From Bacilli bacterium (GTDB lineage Bacteria > Bacillota_I > Bacilli_A > ML615J-28 > CAG-698), in the NCBI GenBank assembly GCA_050953065.1, contig JBMNLZ010000003.1:480001-544000 (forward strand): 64,000 bases of DNA, in the 5' to 3' direction. Both the position numbers and the translations under genes were made by a program. The stretch's first letter is position 1. Each line of letters starts with the position of its first letter. Below the pieces are notes generated by a model. That model was not told where the DNA came from and made no database searches. It was given only the letters and a program-made list of their open reading frames with translations. Below, piece by piece: positions 1 to 11,500 of this stretch.

Positions 1-1160
1 TTATAAAATGTTTTAGTGTTCCCATGAATTGAAAAAGTATAATAACCCTTTTCTTTAAAATGAGTTGCTAGTGAATCATATGGTTGATCGATATAGTTAA
101 AGACAGTAATTCTATCTCCTGTTGGATAAAGTCCAGTCATTACAGAAAACTCAGCATCAGAAGTATTACCAATTCCTACTGCATTATAAAAGTTTTGAGC
201 ATAATATGTTGTACCTGTCTTTTCTCCTTCTAGACCTAATAGTCTATCAATATTAGGAGTAATTGAATAATAAACAATTTCTTTATCGCTATTTTCTATT
301 GCAAGTTTTAAACCAATACAATAATTATTTAAAGATTCAGCTTGAATTAAAAGTAAATTCTTACCTTCATAAATTCCACTATTATCTTCATCTCCTAAAT
401 ATGTTTCAAGTCTTTCTAATACTTCATTTTTCTTATCTTCAAAATTTCTAATTTCTCCTGGAAAAACTGCTCTAAAAGCATCATAGAAATAATAATTCCA
501 AAGTCCCATTGCTTGAATTCCATAAAGAGGATAGTCATTATCCTCATACCATGTATCTTCTTTTTGATAAGCATATATGCTCATCACATTTATCATTAAT
601 AAAACTGAAACAACAATTAAAGAAATTCCTAAATAAACTCTATTTTTATGATTATCAAAACTATGATTTCTAAACTCTTTATCTTTTCTTTTTTTATAAA
701 AAAATCTAATAAATAAAAAAACCATAACAACAGCAGGAAACAATGCAAAAAACTGTGCGTTAGCAATTAAAACAGATAAGGCTCCTAAAACAAAATCCAT
801 AACCATTCCCCCACCACCAGGATTAGTAAATGAATCTAAATTAGAAAAAGAAAACATCATATTATAATTATAAAAGTAAATACTTAATAAAACACTTAAG
901 ACACTTAAAATAATTGACACAATCATTAAGTATCTTGTTCTTCTAAAATCAGACTTTATAATTAAGACTCCAAGTGCTATAAAGAAAAGCATTACTCCGA
1001 ACTCTCCAATAATATAATTTACAACCATAAAGAAAGTTCTATTATAAGGACTTAAGTTTTTATTAAAAATTATGGTAGTTAGAAGAAAGCCGTTAATCAT
1101 ATTAGTTACAATAAAAGCAATAATATAAATAACCTGTCTTCTTTTATCTTTTTGTTCCAT
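1..1160 (-). CDS. LTA synthase (LtaS)-family / sulfatase-fold membrane protein, 3' end outside the window
   Basis: Manual translation from the ATG at 1160 (MEQKDKRRQVIYII...) gives several TM helices, then LIQAESLNN and GIGNTSDAEFSVMTGLYP and HGNTKTFY, which are typical LtaS-family motifs. Absent from the ORF track because it runs off the edge. Confidence 0.85.
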   Translation of the reverse strand, partial: MEQKDKRRQVIYIIAFIVTNMINGFLLTTIIFNKNLSPYNRTFFMVVNYIIGEFGVMLFFIALGVLIIKSDFRRTRYLMIVSIILSVLSVLLSIYFYNYNMMFSFSNLDSFTNPGGGGMVMDFVLGALSVLIANAQFFALFPAVVMVFLFIRFFYKKRKDKEFRNHSFDNHKNRVYLGISLIVVSVLLMINVMSIYAYQKEDTWYEDNDYPLYGIQAMGLWNYYFYDAFRAVFPGEIRNFEDKKNEVLERLETYLGDEDNSGIYEGKNLLLIQAESLNNYCIGLKLAIENSDKEIVYYSITPNIDRLLGLEGEKTGTTYYAQNFYNAVGIGNTSDAEFSVMTGLYPTGDRITVFNYIDQPYDSLATHFKEKGYYTFSIHGNTKTFY

Positions 1161-1173
1161 TTTTTAACTTCTT

Positions 1174-1752
1174 TTATAAACCTTTCTTCTTTATCATTTG
1201 ATAGTTAACAGCAAACAAAGCAAAAACTACTAAAGTAAGTATTATATTAACAAAAATATTTGCTTGGCTAAACAATACAAAAACATTATAAGCAATGATT
1301 GCAATAAAAGCTAAAAAGCTTTTAAAGCGTATCATTCCCAAAACAAAACCTAAAAAACTACTGATTAAAACACTTAATACTAAAAACCAAAAATCAAGTA
1401 GTTTTAAAAATTCCATCTTCTGATAGATTATTAAAACCCAAGTATAATAATACACCAAACCTAAAACTATTACTATAATAATTTCTAAAACAAGTAAAGT
1501 ATATTCAATAAATACTTTTGTTCTAGTAATCCCAATTGATAAACTTTTTTTCAAATACCCATTAAAGATATCAAAAGCACTTATTCCACTAATAATCCCA
1601 AAAAATAAAAAAACATATTTTACAATCATATCAAAAGTAAACCATTTAGAAGAAGTACTACTAATTTCATTTTTAAATAAAGCCATTAAAAATAAAATCG
1701 TCGCTGCTATAATTAGATAATTAAAGAATTTAAATCGTTTCTTTCTTCTCAT
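1174..1752 (-). CDS. Multi-pass membrane protein, possibly ABC-2-type permease-like
   Basis: About 5 hydrophobic segments and SIGITRTKVF, resembling the permease 'smGvTRk' motif. ATGA overlap with the upstream ORF. Confidence 0.5.
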   Translation of the reverse strand: MRRKKRFKFFNYLIIAATILFLMALFKNEISSTSSKWFTFDMIVKYVFLFFGIISGISAFDIFNGYLKKSLSIGITRTKVFIEYTLLVLEIIIVIVLGLVYYYTWVLIIYQKMEFLKLLDFWFLVLSVLISSFLGFVLGMIRFKSFLAFIAIIAYNVFVLFSQANIFVNIILTLVVFALFAVNYQMIKKKGL

Positions 1753-2564
1753 AAGTATTCCTCTAACTCATAAAAGTTTAATACTAGACATTTCCCAAGG
1801 CGCTTACATTCTTTAATTTTAAAATTATCTAAATTATAAATTATAGTCTTTCCTTCTTTTTCAAAAAGTCTTTTTGATAAAATCTCCTCATCTGATGGAT
1901 AATCATCTACTACTACAAAATTATCTTTTTTAGGATTAATTATTCTTACATTATTAAAATCATCTAAAATGATTACTTTATCTAACGTATCTTTAAAACA
2001 AGCAATACTATCTAAACAAATAAAACAAATTCCATCTGCATTAATATCAGTAATTGCTTTAGCAATTTCTACTTTTTCTAAAATATTTTCAACATAAATT
2101 GTTGGATTACTAATAATTAACATTTGTTTATCTATCGCATAAGCAAAAGCACAATTTAGAAAGGTATTACCTTTTGGACTAAAGATATATTTATTTTTTA
2201 TTTCACATTCACTTCTTACATCAAATGTATTAATCATATTATCAAATTTAACTACATTAACAACCTTTTTATATCTTTTATAAATATCTTCACTAATTAA
2301 CTTAGCTTTAATGGTATTGATATAATTATCTTTAAAATCTAAATAAACTCTAGATTTAAAATAATCTTTTTGATCAAATAAATCCACATCATTTACAAAA
2401 CAAGTATTATTGTTTTCTTTGATGCCAGTTAATTGATTAATAAAGTTATTAACAACTTCGATAGATTTTGAAAAGATACCCCATCTTTCATCTGGTAAGA
2501 TTTCAAAGTTAAGGATATATTTATCTATTTTTAAATGTTTTATTTTGATTGATTTAACACTCAT
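1749..2564 (-). CDS. Hypothetical protein, degenerate ABC ATPase-like fold
   Basis: Layout resembles an ABC ATPase (ERWGIF, LIISNPT, DKVIILDD) but the Walker A GKT and Walker B DE residues are missing. Confidence 0.4.
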   Translation of the reverse strand: MSVKSIKIKHLKIDKYILNFEILPDERWGIFSKSIEVVNNFINQLTGIKENNNTCFVNDVDLFDQKDYFKSRVYLDFKDNYINTIKAKLISEDIYKRYKKVVNVVKFDNMINTFDVRSECEIKNKYIFSPKGNTFLNCAFAYAIDKQMLIISNPTIYVENILEKVEIAKAITDINADGICFICLDSIACFKDTLDKVIILDDFNNVRIINPKKDNFVVVDDYPSDEEILSKRLFEKEGKTIIYNLDNFKIKECKRLGKCLVLNFYELEEYL

Positions 2565-2751
2565 ACTTTTTCCTTAGATTTAAATTTATTAATACTGCTC
2601 TTTATTATACTTCATTTTTTTTAAAAAATAAAGTTTAAAACAAAAAAACACAGGAAGTCTAGTAAGCATAATTTATAACCTATCTTAAAAAAGATAAACA
2701 AGGCTTTTTAGCCTTGTTTATAAACTTAAACTTTTTATAAAATTTTAAAAC

Positions 2752-4236
2752 CTAATCTATATGCCCCCAAACAATTGGTCTGTTATCAGGATTAAAAGAA
2801 TCATCCCAAGTAGCAGGCTTACTTTCAGCTTCAGCATAAATTAAAATTACATTACATCCAGAAAATGCATGATAACCTATTTTAGTAATCACTAGAGGCA
2901 ATCTTATCTCTAAAAGACTACTACAACCATTAAAAGCGTTGTCTTCTATTTTATTAGTGTTTACTGCAAGACTAATAGCTGTAAGTTTACTGCATCCTTC
3001 AAAAGTAGAACTTCTTATAATCACAACTCCACTTGGTAAATGGATATATTCTATATTACTACAACCATTAAAAGCATTATTCCCTAAATAACTAAGACTA
3101 CTAGATAGGCTAACATTAAGTAAACTAGTACAATTATTAAAACAAGAATTTCCTATTGAAACAACTGTATTTGGTATTTCTATATCACCTAAACTTACAC
3201 AATTTGAAAAACTACCAACACCTATCATTAAAAGACCTGTTTTAAAAACAACTGTCCTTAAAGATTTGTTTTCCAAAAAAGCAAAATCAGGAATATTGCT
3301 TACTCCATCAGGAATAATAATTTCATCTAAACTCTCACAATATGCAAAACAAGAATCTCCTAAAGATATTAAAGAATTAGACAGTTCAACTGAAATTAAA
3401 TTACTACAACCATTAAAAGCATATTTATCAATTGAAGTAATTGAATCAGGTAAAGCTATTTCTAATAAACTACTACAGCCACTAAAAGCACTTATCCCAA
3501 TTGCTTTAATACTAGACTCATCTTGAAAAGAAACTGTTTTTAAGTTAGAAGCATTGAAGAATAACTTACTTGGGAGTTCTTCTAAACTATTAGAAAGAGT
3601 TATACTTTCTAATAGTTTATTTTCTTTAAAAGATTCAGCTAATATTTGATTAACTGTTTTATCATCAATTTTATTAGGAATTACAATTTCAGTTAAATTA
3701 TTATCAATCAGTCCATATATACAAAGTGTCTGATCTTTTTTTAACGCTACTTTAAAAGTATCGTTTTCAACAAAACTTTTAAAGTCTACTAAAAGTGGTC
3801 TAGTACAAGAATTAAAATTAGTATCCCAAGTATTAGGTATCTTAAAGTTTTCTACAAAAATTTTTAAATTACTACAATTAAAAAAAGCATTAGCACCAAT
3901 TACATTAACTGTTTCTGGAATAATAATTTCTTCAATTTCTTTACAACCAGAAAAGCAAGATTCACCAATTTCAATTAAATTCTTATTTAAGATGACTTCT
4001 TTAATATTTAAATTATCTTTAAAAACAGCATCGTTTATTTTTACTACATCTAAATCTTCAAGTTTTTCAGGTATTACTACTTTTTCTTCATTTCCTTCAT
4101 ATGATGTTATATGAACAGTCTCTTCTATAATTTCATATTTAAAAAGACTTTCAACTTCTTCTTTTTTAGCACATCCGCTAAGAAGTAGTAATAAAATGAC
4201 TATCATGAATGTTTTAATCTTCATAAGATACCACAC
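2752..4236 (-). CDS. BspA-type leucine-rich repeat (LRR_5) lipoprotein
   Basis: Lipobox LLSGC and many IGxxAFxGCxxLxxIxIP repeats. True start may be the ATG at 4224. Confidence 0.9.
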   Translation of the reverse strand: MWYLMKIKTFMIVILLLLLSGCAKKEEVESLFKYEIIEETVHITSYEGNEEKVVIPEKLEDLDVVKINDAVFKDNLNIKEVILNKNLIEIGESCFSGCKEIEEIIIPETVNVIGANAFFNCSNLKIFVENFKIPNTWDTNFNSCTRPLLVDFKSFVENDTFKVALKKDQTLCIYGLIDNNLTEIVIPNKIDDKTVNQILAESFKENKLLESITLSNSLEELPSKLFFNASNLKTVSFQDESSIKAIGISAFSGCSSLLEIALPDSITSIDKYAFNGCSNLISVELSNSLISLGDSCFAYCESLDEIIIPDGVSNIPDFAFLENKSLRTVVFKTGLLMIGVGSFSNCVSLGDIEIPNTVVSIGNSCFNNCTSLLNVSLSSSLSYLGNNAFNGCSNIEYIHLPSGVVIIRSSTFEGCSKLTAISLAVNTNKIEDNAFNGCSSLLEIRLPLVITKIGYHAFSGCNVILIYAEAESKPATWDDSFNPDNRPIVWGHID

Positions 4237-4332
4237 TCCTCTTACTATAATTATACCATATAAACCAAAAAAATTAAATTTCTTTAAAAATAAAAAATCC
4301 TAAGACTTTTGAGTTTTAGGATTTTTACTTAA

Positions 4333-4656
4333 TTACTGCAAATTGTATTTGTTAGTAAGGTCTCTTAATTTTTTGTCATAAGATTCAGCTTTTTCTTGAG
4401 GAATTGCATAAAATTTTTTAGGAACTAATTTTATATTGCTTGCAAATTCTTTAGCTACTTTAACAAATTCTAACAAATCTTTATCATCTGATTTAACTGT
4501 TAAAGAAGATAATTCATCAACTGCTTTAACAACTTTATCATATTCACGCTCATCAATTATTTGAGCATCATCACCATCTATATATCTATAAGATTCAGTT
4601 GCTGAAACGATATAAGCTATTAGATTTTCTATTTCTAGACTTAATTTTTTTTCCAT
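4333..4656 (-). CDS. Hypothetical protein (107 aa)
   Basis: ORF with an AAAGGA RBS and a downstream hairpin at about 4294-4327. Confidence 0.6.
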   Translation of the reverse strand: MEKKLSLEIENLIAYIVSATESYRYIDGDDAQIIDEREYDKVVKAVDELSSLTVKSDDKDLLEFVKVAKEFASNIKLVPKKFYAIPQEKAESYDKKLRDLTNKYNLQ

Positions 4657-4687
4657 ATTTTTTTCCTTTCTTTTTTATTTTTATTTT

Positions 4688-5080
4688 TTAACCATTAGTG
4701 ATTACTTTAAATCCACTTTTAAAACTAATATTAAAATTATCTACTGTTACTTCATCTTCATCAAGAACATCAACATAATGGCAACCAATACCATCTGGTC
4801 TAATCTGAAAACGATCATCATTTAATACTTGGTTGATATCAATAATTGCAATTGCCCCAGTATCAGTCGCAATCCCATCAAAAAAACCATCGCCTTCTGC
4901 TGTTCTTGTAACATAGATTGTAATATGATCAATAACTAATTTATGAAAACTATTCATATCTGAATAAAATGAATCCCAAAGTTTTTCAATAAACTTATCA
5001 CCTGCAGGTGTTTTTTTTATCAGATATCCTGGGTCTCCAACAAAATACCTTCCTTTTTTAAGTTGATAACTTCTAACCAT
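4688..5080 (-). CDS. Hypothetical protein, DUF4241-like motifs
   Basis: YFVGDPGY, TAEGDG and TDTGAIAIID motifs. Start placed at the ATG at 5080, just after the upstream stop. Confidence 0.55.
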   Translation of the reverse strand: MVRSYQLKKGRYFVGDPGYLIKKTPAGDKFIEKLWDSFYSDMNSFHKLVIDHITIYVTRTAEGDGFFDGIATDTGAIAIIDINQVLNDDRFQIRPDGIGCHYVDVLDEDEVTVDNFNISFKSGFKVITNG

Positions 5081-5084
5081 CTTC

Positions 5085-6134
5085 TCAACACCAAAGTTTT
5101 TCTCTAAAATCAATTAAAGCTATGACTGGTTCTACTGAAGCTGATGAATCAGTTTCTTCTACTAAAGTCAGGTCAGTTATTGTTTTATCTTCCCAAATTA
5201 AATGGACATATTCTGGTTTGTCAATGAAAGGGGTTCTATTACCTTGAGCTTCATAAATAACTTGATTTCTATTTCTTTCAAATTCATCAACAGGGTCTTC
5301 TTTATGCCATTTTAATAAAACAGTCAATTCACCCATTTTAGCTCCTGCAGGAGTATAGTGATTTGATTCATCTTCTAAACCAACATCTGTTAAAGTTAAA
5401 ATATCTTTATACATTATAGCCATATAAAAGATAATTCTTGCTACATCTCCTTTATGAGCATCACCTGGATAATATCCACCATTTGAAACAGTCTGACATT
5501 CACCAGTTGCATCTGAATACCACCTATCACTTCTACTGCTGTTTACCCTAGGTGTAATAGCACGTAGATTGTGAAGGTCACTTGCTTGATTTCTACCAGA
5601 TTCAGTAACTCTCGCCATTCCTAAGCGAGCATTTGGCCACACATGCTCTCTATGCCATGAAGTAGAATCCCACGTTGCATTAACTAACGCTCCATCATAA
5701 ACATTCATTACTTTTGTACTATCAGTTAAACTGATATCAGCTGCTGCTAAATGAGTTTTAGCTTCTGCATAAGAAGTAGGACTAAAGTTTTCATTTAGAA
5801 TCTGATTTAATTTATCAACTAATGTAGTTCCAACTAAATCATTAGCACTATAATAATAATCAGCCTCATCAGTTGATGGTGTATAATAATAAAACCCAAA
5901 TGAATTTTGAGAAGAACTATAAGTTGGATTATCAATTGAATCTTGCTTTTGATTAAACAAATTTTCAAAAGCTTCTGGATACAATACATATGTAACTGCA
6001 ACGCCTATGATTAAGACAATCGCAACTACAAACGTTAATATTTTATATGCTTTAGTTTTTTGAAATTTTTTAACTTCTTTTTTTACTTGCTTTTCAACTT
6101 TCTTTTCAGTAGTTGTTTTTTTTGTTTTCGCCAT
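5085..6134 (-). CDS. Membrane-anchored endonuclease I-family (His-Me finger) extracellular nuclease
   Basis: WHREHVWP, SDLHNL, VNSSRSD, KGDVARIIFYM, WHKEDPVDEFERNRN and QGNRTPFID motifs. N-terminal TM helix. Confidence 0.9.
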   Translation of the reverse strand: MAKTKKTTTEKKVEKQVKKEVKKFQKTKAYKILTFVVAIVLIIGVAVTYVLYPEAFENLFNQKQDSIDNPTYSSSQNSFGFYYYTPSTDEADYYYSANDLVGTTLVDKLNQILNENFSPTSYAEAKTHLAAADISLTDSTKVMNVYDGALVNATWDSTSWHREHVWPNARLGMARVTESGRNQASDLHNLRAITPRVNSSRSDRWYSDATGECQTVSNGGYYPGDAHKGDVARIIFYMAIMYKDILTLTDVGLEDESNHYTPAGAKMGELTVLLKWHKEDPVDEFERNRNQVIYEAQGNRTPFIDKPEYVHLIWEDKTITDLTLVEETDSSASVEPVIALIDFREKLWC

Positions 6135-6199
6135 TTTACCTCCTTTTTTAAATTTACCTTATTTATTAAAGACTAAATCTTTTTACTTATTAAATTTTC

Positions 6200-7393
6200 T
6201 TATGAAGCAGGAGCTTCTGGTTGAGCTGCAAATTCAGTTTCTAAAGCAACACCAAAACTTAATTTAATATTTGGAATAGCTTTTAAGTAAGCATCTCTAG
6301 AAGCTGCATCAGCTCTTTCCATCCAAATTCTTACAGTCATAACTTGACTAGCACTATGAGCAGTACCTAATACTACAGGTAATAAAGGCGTTGCTTGAAT
6401 AGCATCACCAGCTAAATCACCATTTATTACTCTTAAAACATTATATAGATTGCTTCCCCCACCACTTGCTTTTGTATAACCTATAACACCATTAGCACTT
6501 GGATAACTATCAGTAGGTTTAATAAATAAAATATCTCCTTTATTTGGTGCATTGCTAACTACTGTTGCATGAGGTGCCCATATTCCAATTATTTTATCAC
6601 AAGTAGCGTTTAAAAAGGCAACTCTAACAAAAGGAATTGTTGCAGTAGCACCTTCTTCACCAACTTCTGTAATAGTTGAAGCCCCTTTTAAATAAACATA
6701 CTTTACAGTAGTATCAGTTGAATCGCCATTATAACCAGTAAAATAAAGTTTAAATTGAATGTAGTTAAAACTTCCATCCACTCCAGCTGTATAAGTAGGA
6801 GCATCTTTACCAGTTATTCTATAAAAAGTAATCCCATCTCCAGAAATATTAGCTAACTTAGCATTATTAATAGCTGGATCAACAAAGTTACCACCTTTTG
6901 AAAAATTAGCATTAGAAACATAATCATTAAAACCAGTAGGCATCGCTGTATTTGCTTTTGAAGTTGCAAACACCTTCAAAGTCCCTACAGTATCAGCTTG
7001 GATTTGAGCACCTGAAGGAGTTAGAGCTTCTGTTACTGTAACATTAACAACTGCACTAATTTCAGTCCCTGAAATTTTAATTGTTAACTCACCAGTCCCA
7101 GCACTAACACCTGTCACTTTTCCCGTTTGATCAACTGTAAAAACATTCGGATTTGAGGATGTATAAACAAGAGCATTTTCACTTCCAGAAACTGTTGGCG
7201 TAACCGTTACAGTTTCACCCTCTACTACTTGAATATCTTTATCTTTAACATTAAGTGTAGCATTAAATGAAAAATTAACATTTTTACAACCAACCAACAC
7301 AATACCTAATATTAACAACATTAACATTTTATAAAAATTAGATCTTTTTGTTTTGCTTTCTTTTTTTAAAACTTTCAAATTCTCTTTAATCAT
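6200..7393 (-). CDS. Lipoprotein with one Ig-like (Big_2) domain and an unassigned beta-rich C-terminal domain
   Basis: VLVGC lipobox and YTSSNPNVFTVDQTGKVTGVSAG motif. Confidence 0.75.
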   Translation of the reverse strand: MIKENLKVLKKESKTKRSNFYKMLMLLILGIVLVGCKNVNFSFNATLNVKDKDIQVVEGETVTVTPTVSGSENALVYTSSNPNVFTVDQTGKVTGVSAGTGELTIKISGTEISAVVNVTVTEALTPSGAQIQADTVGTLKVFATSKANTAMPTGFNDYVSNANFSKGGNFVDPAINNAKLANISGDGITFYRITGKDAPTYTAGVDGSFNYIQFKLYFTGYNGDSTDTTVKYVYLKGASTITEVGEEGATATIPFVRVAFLNATCDKIIGIWAPHATVVSNAPNKGDILFIKPTDSYPSANGVIGYTKASGGGSNLYNVLRVINGDLAGDAIQATPLLPVVLGTAHSASQVMTVRIWMERADAASRDAYLKAIPNIKLSFGVALETEFAAQPEAPAS

Positions 7394-7547
7394 TATTTTC
7401 CCCCTTTTTTATTTACGTTAGCATTATATCAAAGATTCCCTCTTTTTTCAATACGATACTATGTTTTATAAAAAAAACTTTTTTTATCACTTTTATTTTA
7501 TATATTTTTCATTTTTTTCCAAAATTTTGGAAAAAACAGTTAAATTG

Positions 7548-8441
7548 CTAAAATTTTTTTCTTCTAACTTTTCCTTTAAAAATATTTTTTTTATATTTAG
7601 GATTATAATTAGTCTCACGAACCTTTCTTCTTTCAACTTCTCTATAATATTTTTCTTCAAGACTGTGTTCCCTAAGATATTTTTTTCCTTTAACTCTTAG
7701 ATATACATCTCTACTATTTCTAGCCTTTAATTCTAAAAATCTTTTGTTTCCAATTTTTTTAATATCTAATACTACATTTAAATGTTGATGTTTAACTCTA
7801 GGAATTTCTCTTGCAATTCCTGCTGCTTCTTTTTTTGTTTTAGCTTCTATTGGAAAAGCAATTGGAATATACCAAGCTTTCCCAACGTGCCCACACTTAC
7901 AAATTACTTCAAATTTATAATTACCGTTTTCATCAGCAATGATTGGATCATCTTCTATTTCTTCTTTGATTTTAATAATGTTAGCTTTTATATTATCTAA
8001 ATTATCGTAATCTCTATAAACTATTATAGTTTGGTTTTCTTTAAAGTTTAAAAAAGCATTTTCTTTAATATCGATTACTTCTTTTGGAATTTCTAAATTT
8101 TCTAGATTAGTACAATTCATAAAAGCTTCTTCAGAAATTGAAACAATTGATTTAGGAATATTAATCTGTTTTAAAGAAGTACAGTTTTTAAAACAAGCTT
8201 TTGGAATAATTGTTAGTTTTGAATCTTGAACAAATCTAACTTCTTTTAATTCTTTACAAGATTCAAAGCTTTCTTGTTCTATCTTTTGTAGGTTTTTATT
8301 AAAAGATATTTTACGCAAATTATTATCACATCTAAAGGCTGTTTGTTTGATTGACATAATTGAAGCAGGAAGACTTAATTTTCTTTCATTCTTATGAGCA
8401 ATTTCTTTTTTAGAAATTAACTCCGTTATAATTTCTTTCAT
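7548..8441 (-). CDS. LRR_5 protein fused to a basic C-terminal KCGHVG domain
   Basis: N-terminal LRR_5 repeats, C-terminal FEVICKCGHVG...PRVKHQH. No signal peptide. Confidence 0.7.
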   Translation of the reverse strand: MKEIITELISKKEIAHKNERKLSLPASIMSIKQTAFRCDNNLRKISFNKNLQKIEQESFESCKELKEVRFVQDSKLTIIPKACFKNCTSLKQINIPKSIVSISEEAFMNCTNLENLEIPKEVIDIKENAFLNFKENQTIIVYRDYDNLDNIKANIIKIKEEIEDDPIIADENGNYKFEVICKCGHVGKAWYIPIAFPIEAKTKKEAAGIAREIPRVKHQHLNVVLDIKKIGNKRFLELKARNSRDVYLRVKGKKYLREHSLEEKYYREVERRKVRETNYNPKYKKNIFKGKVRRKKF

Positions 8442-8461
8442 AATATTTCACCACTCTTAAA

Positions 8462-8498
8462 ATAAAAGCTCTTAAAGCAATAGTTTAAGAGCTTTTAT
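8462..8498 (-). terminator. Intrinsic terminator
   Basis: 15-bp inverted repeat ATAAAAGCTCTTAAA/TTTAAGAGCTTTTAT just downstream of 8520-11633. Confidence 0.75.
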
Positions 8499-8519
8499 GT
8501 TTTTTTATTTTATCTTATT

Positions 8520-11500
8520 TTATCTAGGAGTTACTACTAATATTGCATTACCATCACTTCTCATAGCTCCACCTGCTATAGTATTGACAGTTTTAAATGC
8601 ACTTGTAGAACCATATGTAGTACCTGTTCTAACAATCATTGTAGTAGATCCACCACCATCTAAGTTGTAAGCATCAACACAATAATAATATGCCATAATA
8701 GCTTGCATTGCTTCAACTCCAACTCCATATCTATCTGGTTCTGCTCTACCACCTACTGTTACCATTACAACAGTACCATCAGCTTTTTGACCAATTAAAG
8801 TTCTTGGATGACGTTGACCTAAGTCAGATCTTGATGCAATACATTCTGCAGGATCAACTATTGCATTATTTAAAATAAAGCCTCTAGTTCCACCTGTTGC
8901 ATTCTTAATATTAGCAAATTCACCAGTATAGCTATATTGAACTCTAATTGTTGTTCCGCTTGCTAAAGCTGCATTTACTGTTTCGTTGTTGCTTACTATA
9001 GAGAATTGACCTCTTCCTAAAGTAGTAGTTTTTGCAGTACTACTAATAGCACCTTTTCCATAGAAATCATCAGCACTATTTGCTAGAACTAAATCACCAT
9101 TGCCAACTGTATAAACATTAGCAGATCCTCCATCTAAATTAACTGGAACAATTTGTTTATCTGAATTCCATAATGCAAAGTATACACTTACCTCACCTGC
9201 ACCAGGAGTTTGATTGCTCTTATTAACTGTAAATGTATTAGTCACTACTCCACTTGAATTATAAACTGATAAACTTAAAGCTCTTACTGGAGTACCAGCT
9301 ATAATTGCATTTGTTGTTCCATCATTAGTAAAGCCGATTGTTTTATAAGCAGTCGTATTACCTACTGTTGTTTTATAGTTTTCACCTTCACATACTGTTG
9401 CTCCTGTTGTTTGATATGGTAGGTTTCCATAAGCATTAATATCAAAGAAATCTGCATTGATTGCTGCAATTACTTTCATTGTTGGATTCTTTGACTCATA
9501 ATCTGCGGCTAAAACTGGTACAGTTGCAAGTTGCCATCCCCAGTTATTAGGTTTAGCTCGCCATACAATCATTTTTGCTTGCTGAGAATTATCAACATGC
9601 ATTACTGATACTTCTTGATTATGCATAGTACTTGAGCCTGGATCTTTTGTTTGACCTAAGTATTTAGCAACATGTACTCCATAACCTAGATTATGGACTG
9701 CAACAGTTTGACTAGGTACCCATGAACTTTGAGTAGCAAGAGGTGCACCACCATCTCCTTCTACTGTCATTATCATAGTTCCTGACCCTTGTGTTGGATG
9801 TGTTACAGTAACTGTAGTATAACCTACCGCTAAAGCACTTATAACACCACTACTTGAAACATTAATAATTCCTGCTGGATTACATGTAAAACTACATTCG
9901 CTATTAGAAATAGCTGTAGATTGATAATTTGTGATATTAAATTGATATGTATTAGATGTACCTAATTTCATAAAACCATTTGGACTAGCTGCTACATTTA
10001 AGACACCAGGTATTGCCATTGGTTCAATAATATTTAAGACTGTCATCCCAGAACCATGCGTTGGATGAGTTGCTGTAATAATTGCAAAACCTACACCTTT
10101 AGCTGAAATTGTTCCATATGAAGAAACTGTAGCAACGTTAGAATTGCTTGTTGTAAATGTACATTCAAGTCTAGAAACAATTCCACCACCTGCTTTATCT
10201 ACATAGAATTGATGTCCTGAATCGTTAACTTCAATCATAGTTGTTGAAGAAGGTCTTAAAATAATTCCTTTTGTAGTAGTATCAGCAACTACAGTAACTG
10301 TTGTTGAAGCTGAAACGTTTGTATTTTCAACACTAGTAGCAGTAACTGTTGCGCTTCCTGCTGCAACACCTGTAACTTTACCTGTTTGATCAACTGTAGC
10401 ATAGTTTGAAGCACTACTATTCCATGTTAGAGATGTATCAGTTAAATTTCTAGTTAATTTCTCCAGTGTAACAATTTGTCCTGCTACGATTGTAATGCTT
10501 GCAGGATGTACTACAACTTTTGGTGCAGTTGGATTTTCAATAACTGTAACATTACATGTTGCTTTTAATGATGTATTAGCTACACTTGTAGCTGTAATAA
10601 CAGCAGACCCGCTTGCAACAGCAGTTACTTTACCATTAGCATCAACTGTAGCCTTAGCCTCAGCATTTGATGACCATGTTACTGCTTGATTTTCAAGATT
10701 AGTTATTGTTGCAATTAGTGTTGCTGTCTTTCCTTCTTCAACTATTATAGAAGTCTCTGAAAGAGTAATTGTTGGCGTTGCAACTGCTGCTCTTACTGTA
10801 ACACTAACTGTTGCTGTAATTGATGCATTTTCTTTATATGTAACTGTAATTGTTGCACTTCCTTCTGCAACAGCAGTTACTTTACCATTTGCATCAACTG
10901 TTGCAACACTAGTATTACTACTTGTAAAATAAAACAAATTATTTGTAACTGCAATATTTCCAACAACTGTAATTGTTGCAGTAGCATTAACATCTAATTC
11001 TGAATTGGCTAATGTAGCTGTAATAGAATTTAGTGTTTCAAGAGAGGAAATAACTGTAACTTCTACTGTAGCCTTAATTGAAGGATTTTGCTTATATGTA
11101 ACTGTAATAGTTGCAGTTCCTGGTCCTATAGCTTTAATCTTTCCTGTAGCATAAGCTGATACAATATTTTGATTGCTACTTGAAAAATTAAACAAATCAT
11201 TAGTAACAGCAATGTTACCACTTACTGCTAAAATAACTTCTCCATTAAGTCCAAATTCTACCTCATTTGGACTAACCGTAATTGAAGTTAATACAGGATT
11301 TGGATTATCTGTAGCTTCAGTTACTGTAACTGGTATTTTTATAGAAATATCTGTTGCTTTAATACTGACTGTTAATTCAGCCTCACCTACTGCAACACCT
11401 GAAATAAAGCCATTTTCTACTGTAAAGATATTTACATTAGAAGATGTAAAAACTATAACTTCTCCTCCTGCAGCATTTAATAATTTAGGTTTAATTTGAT

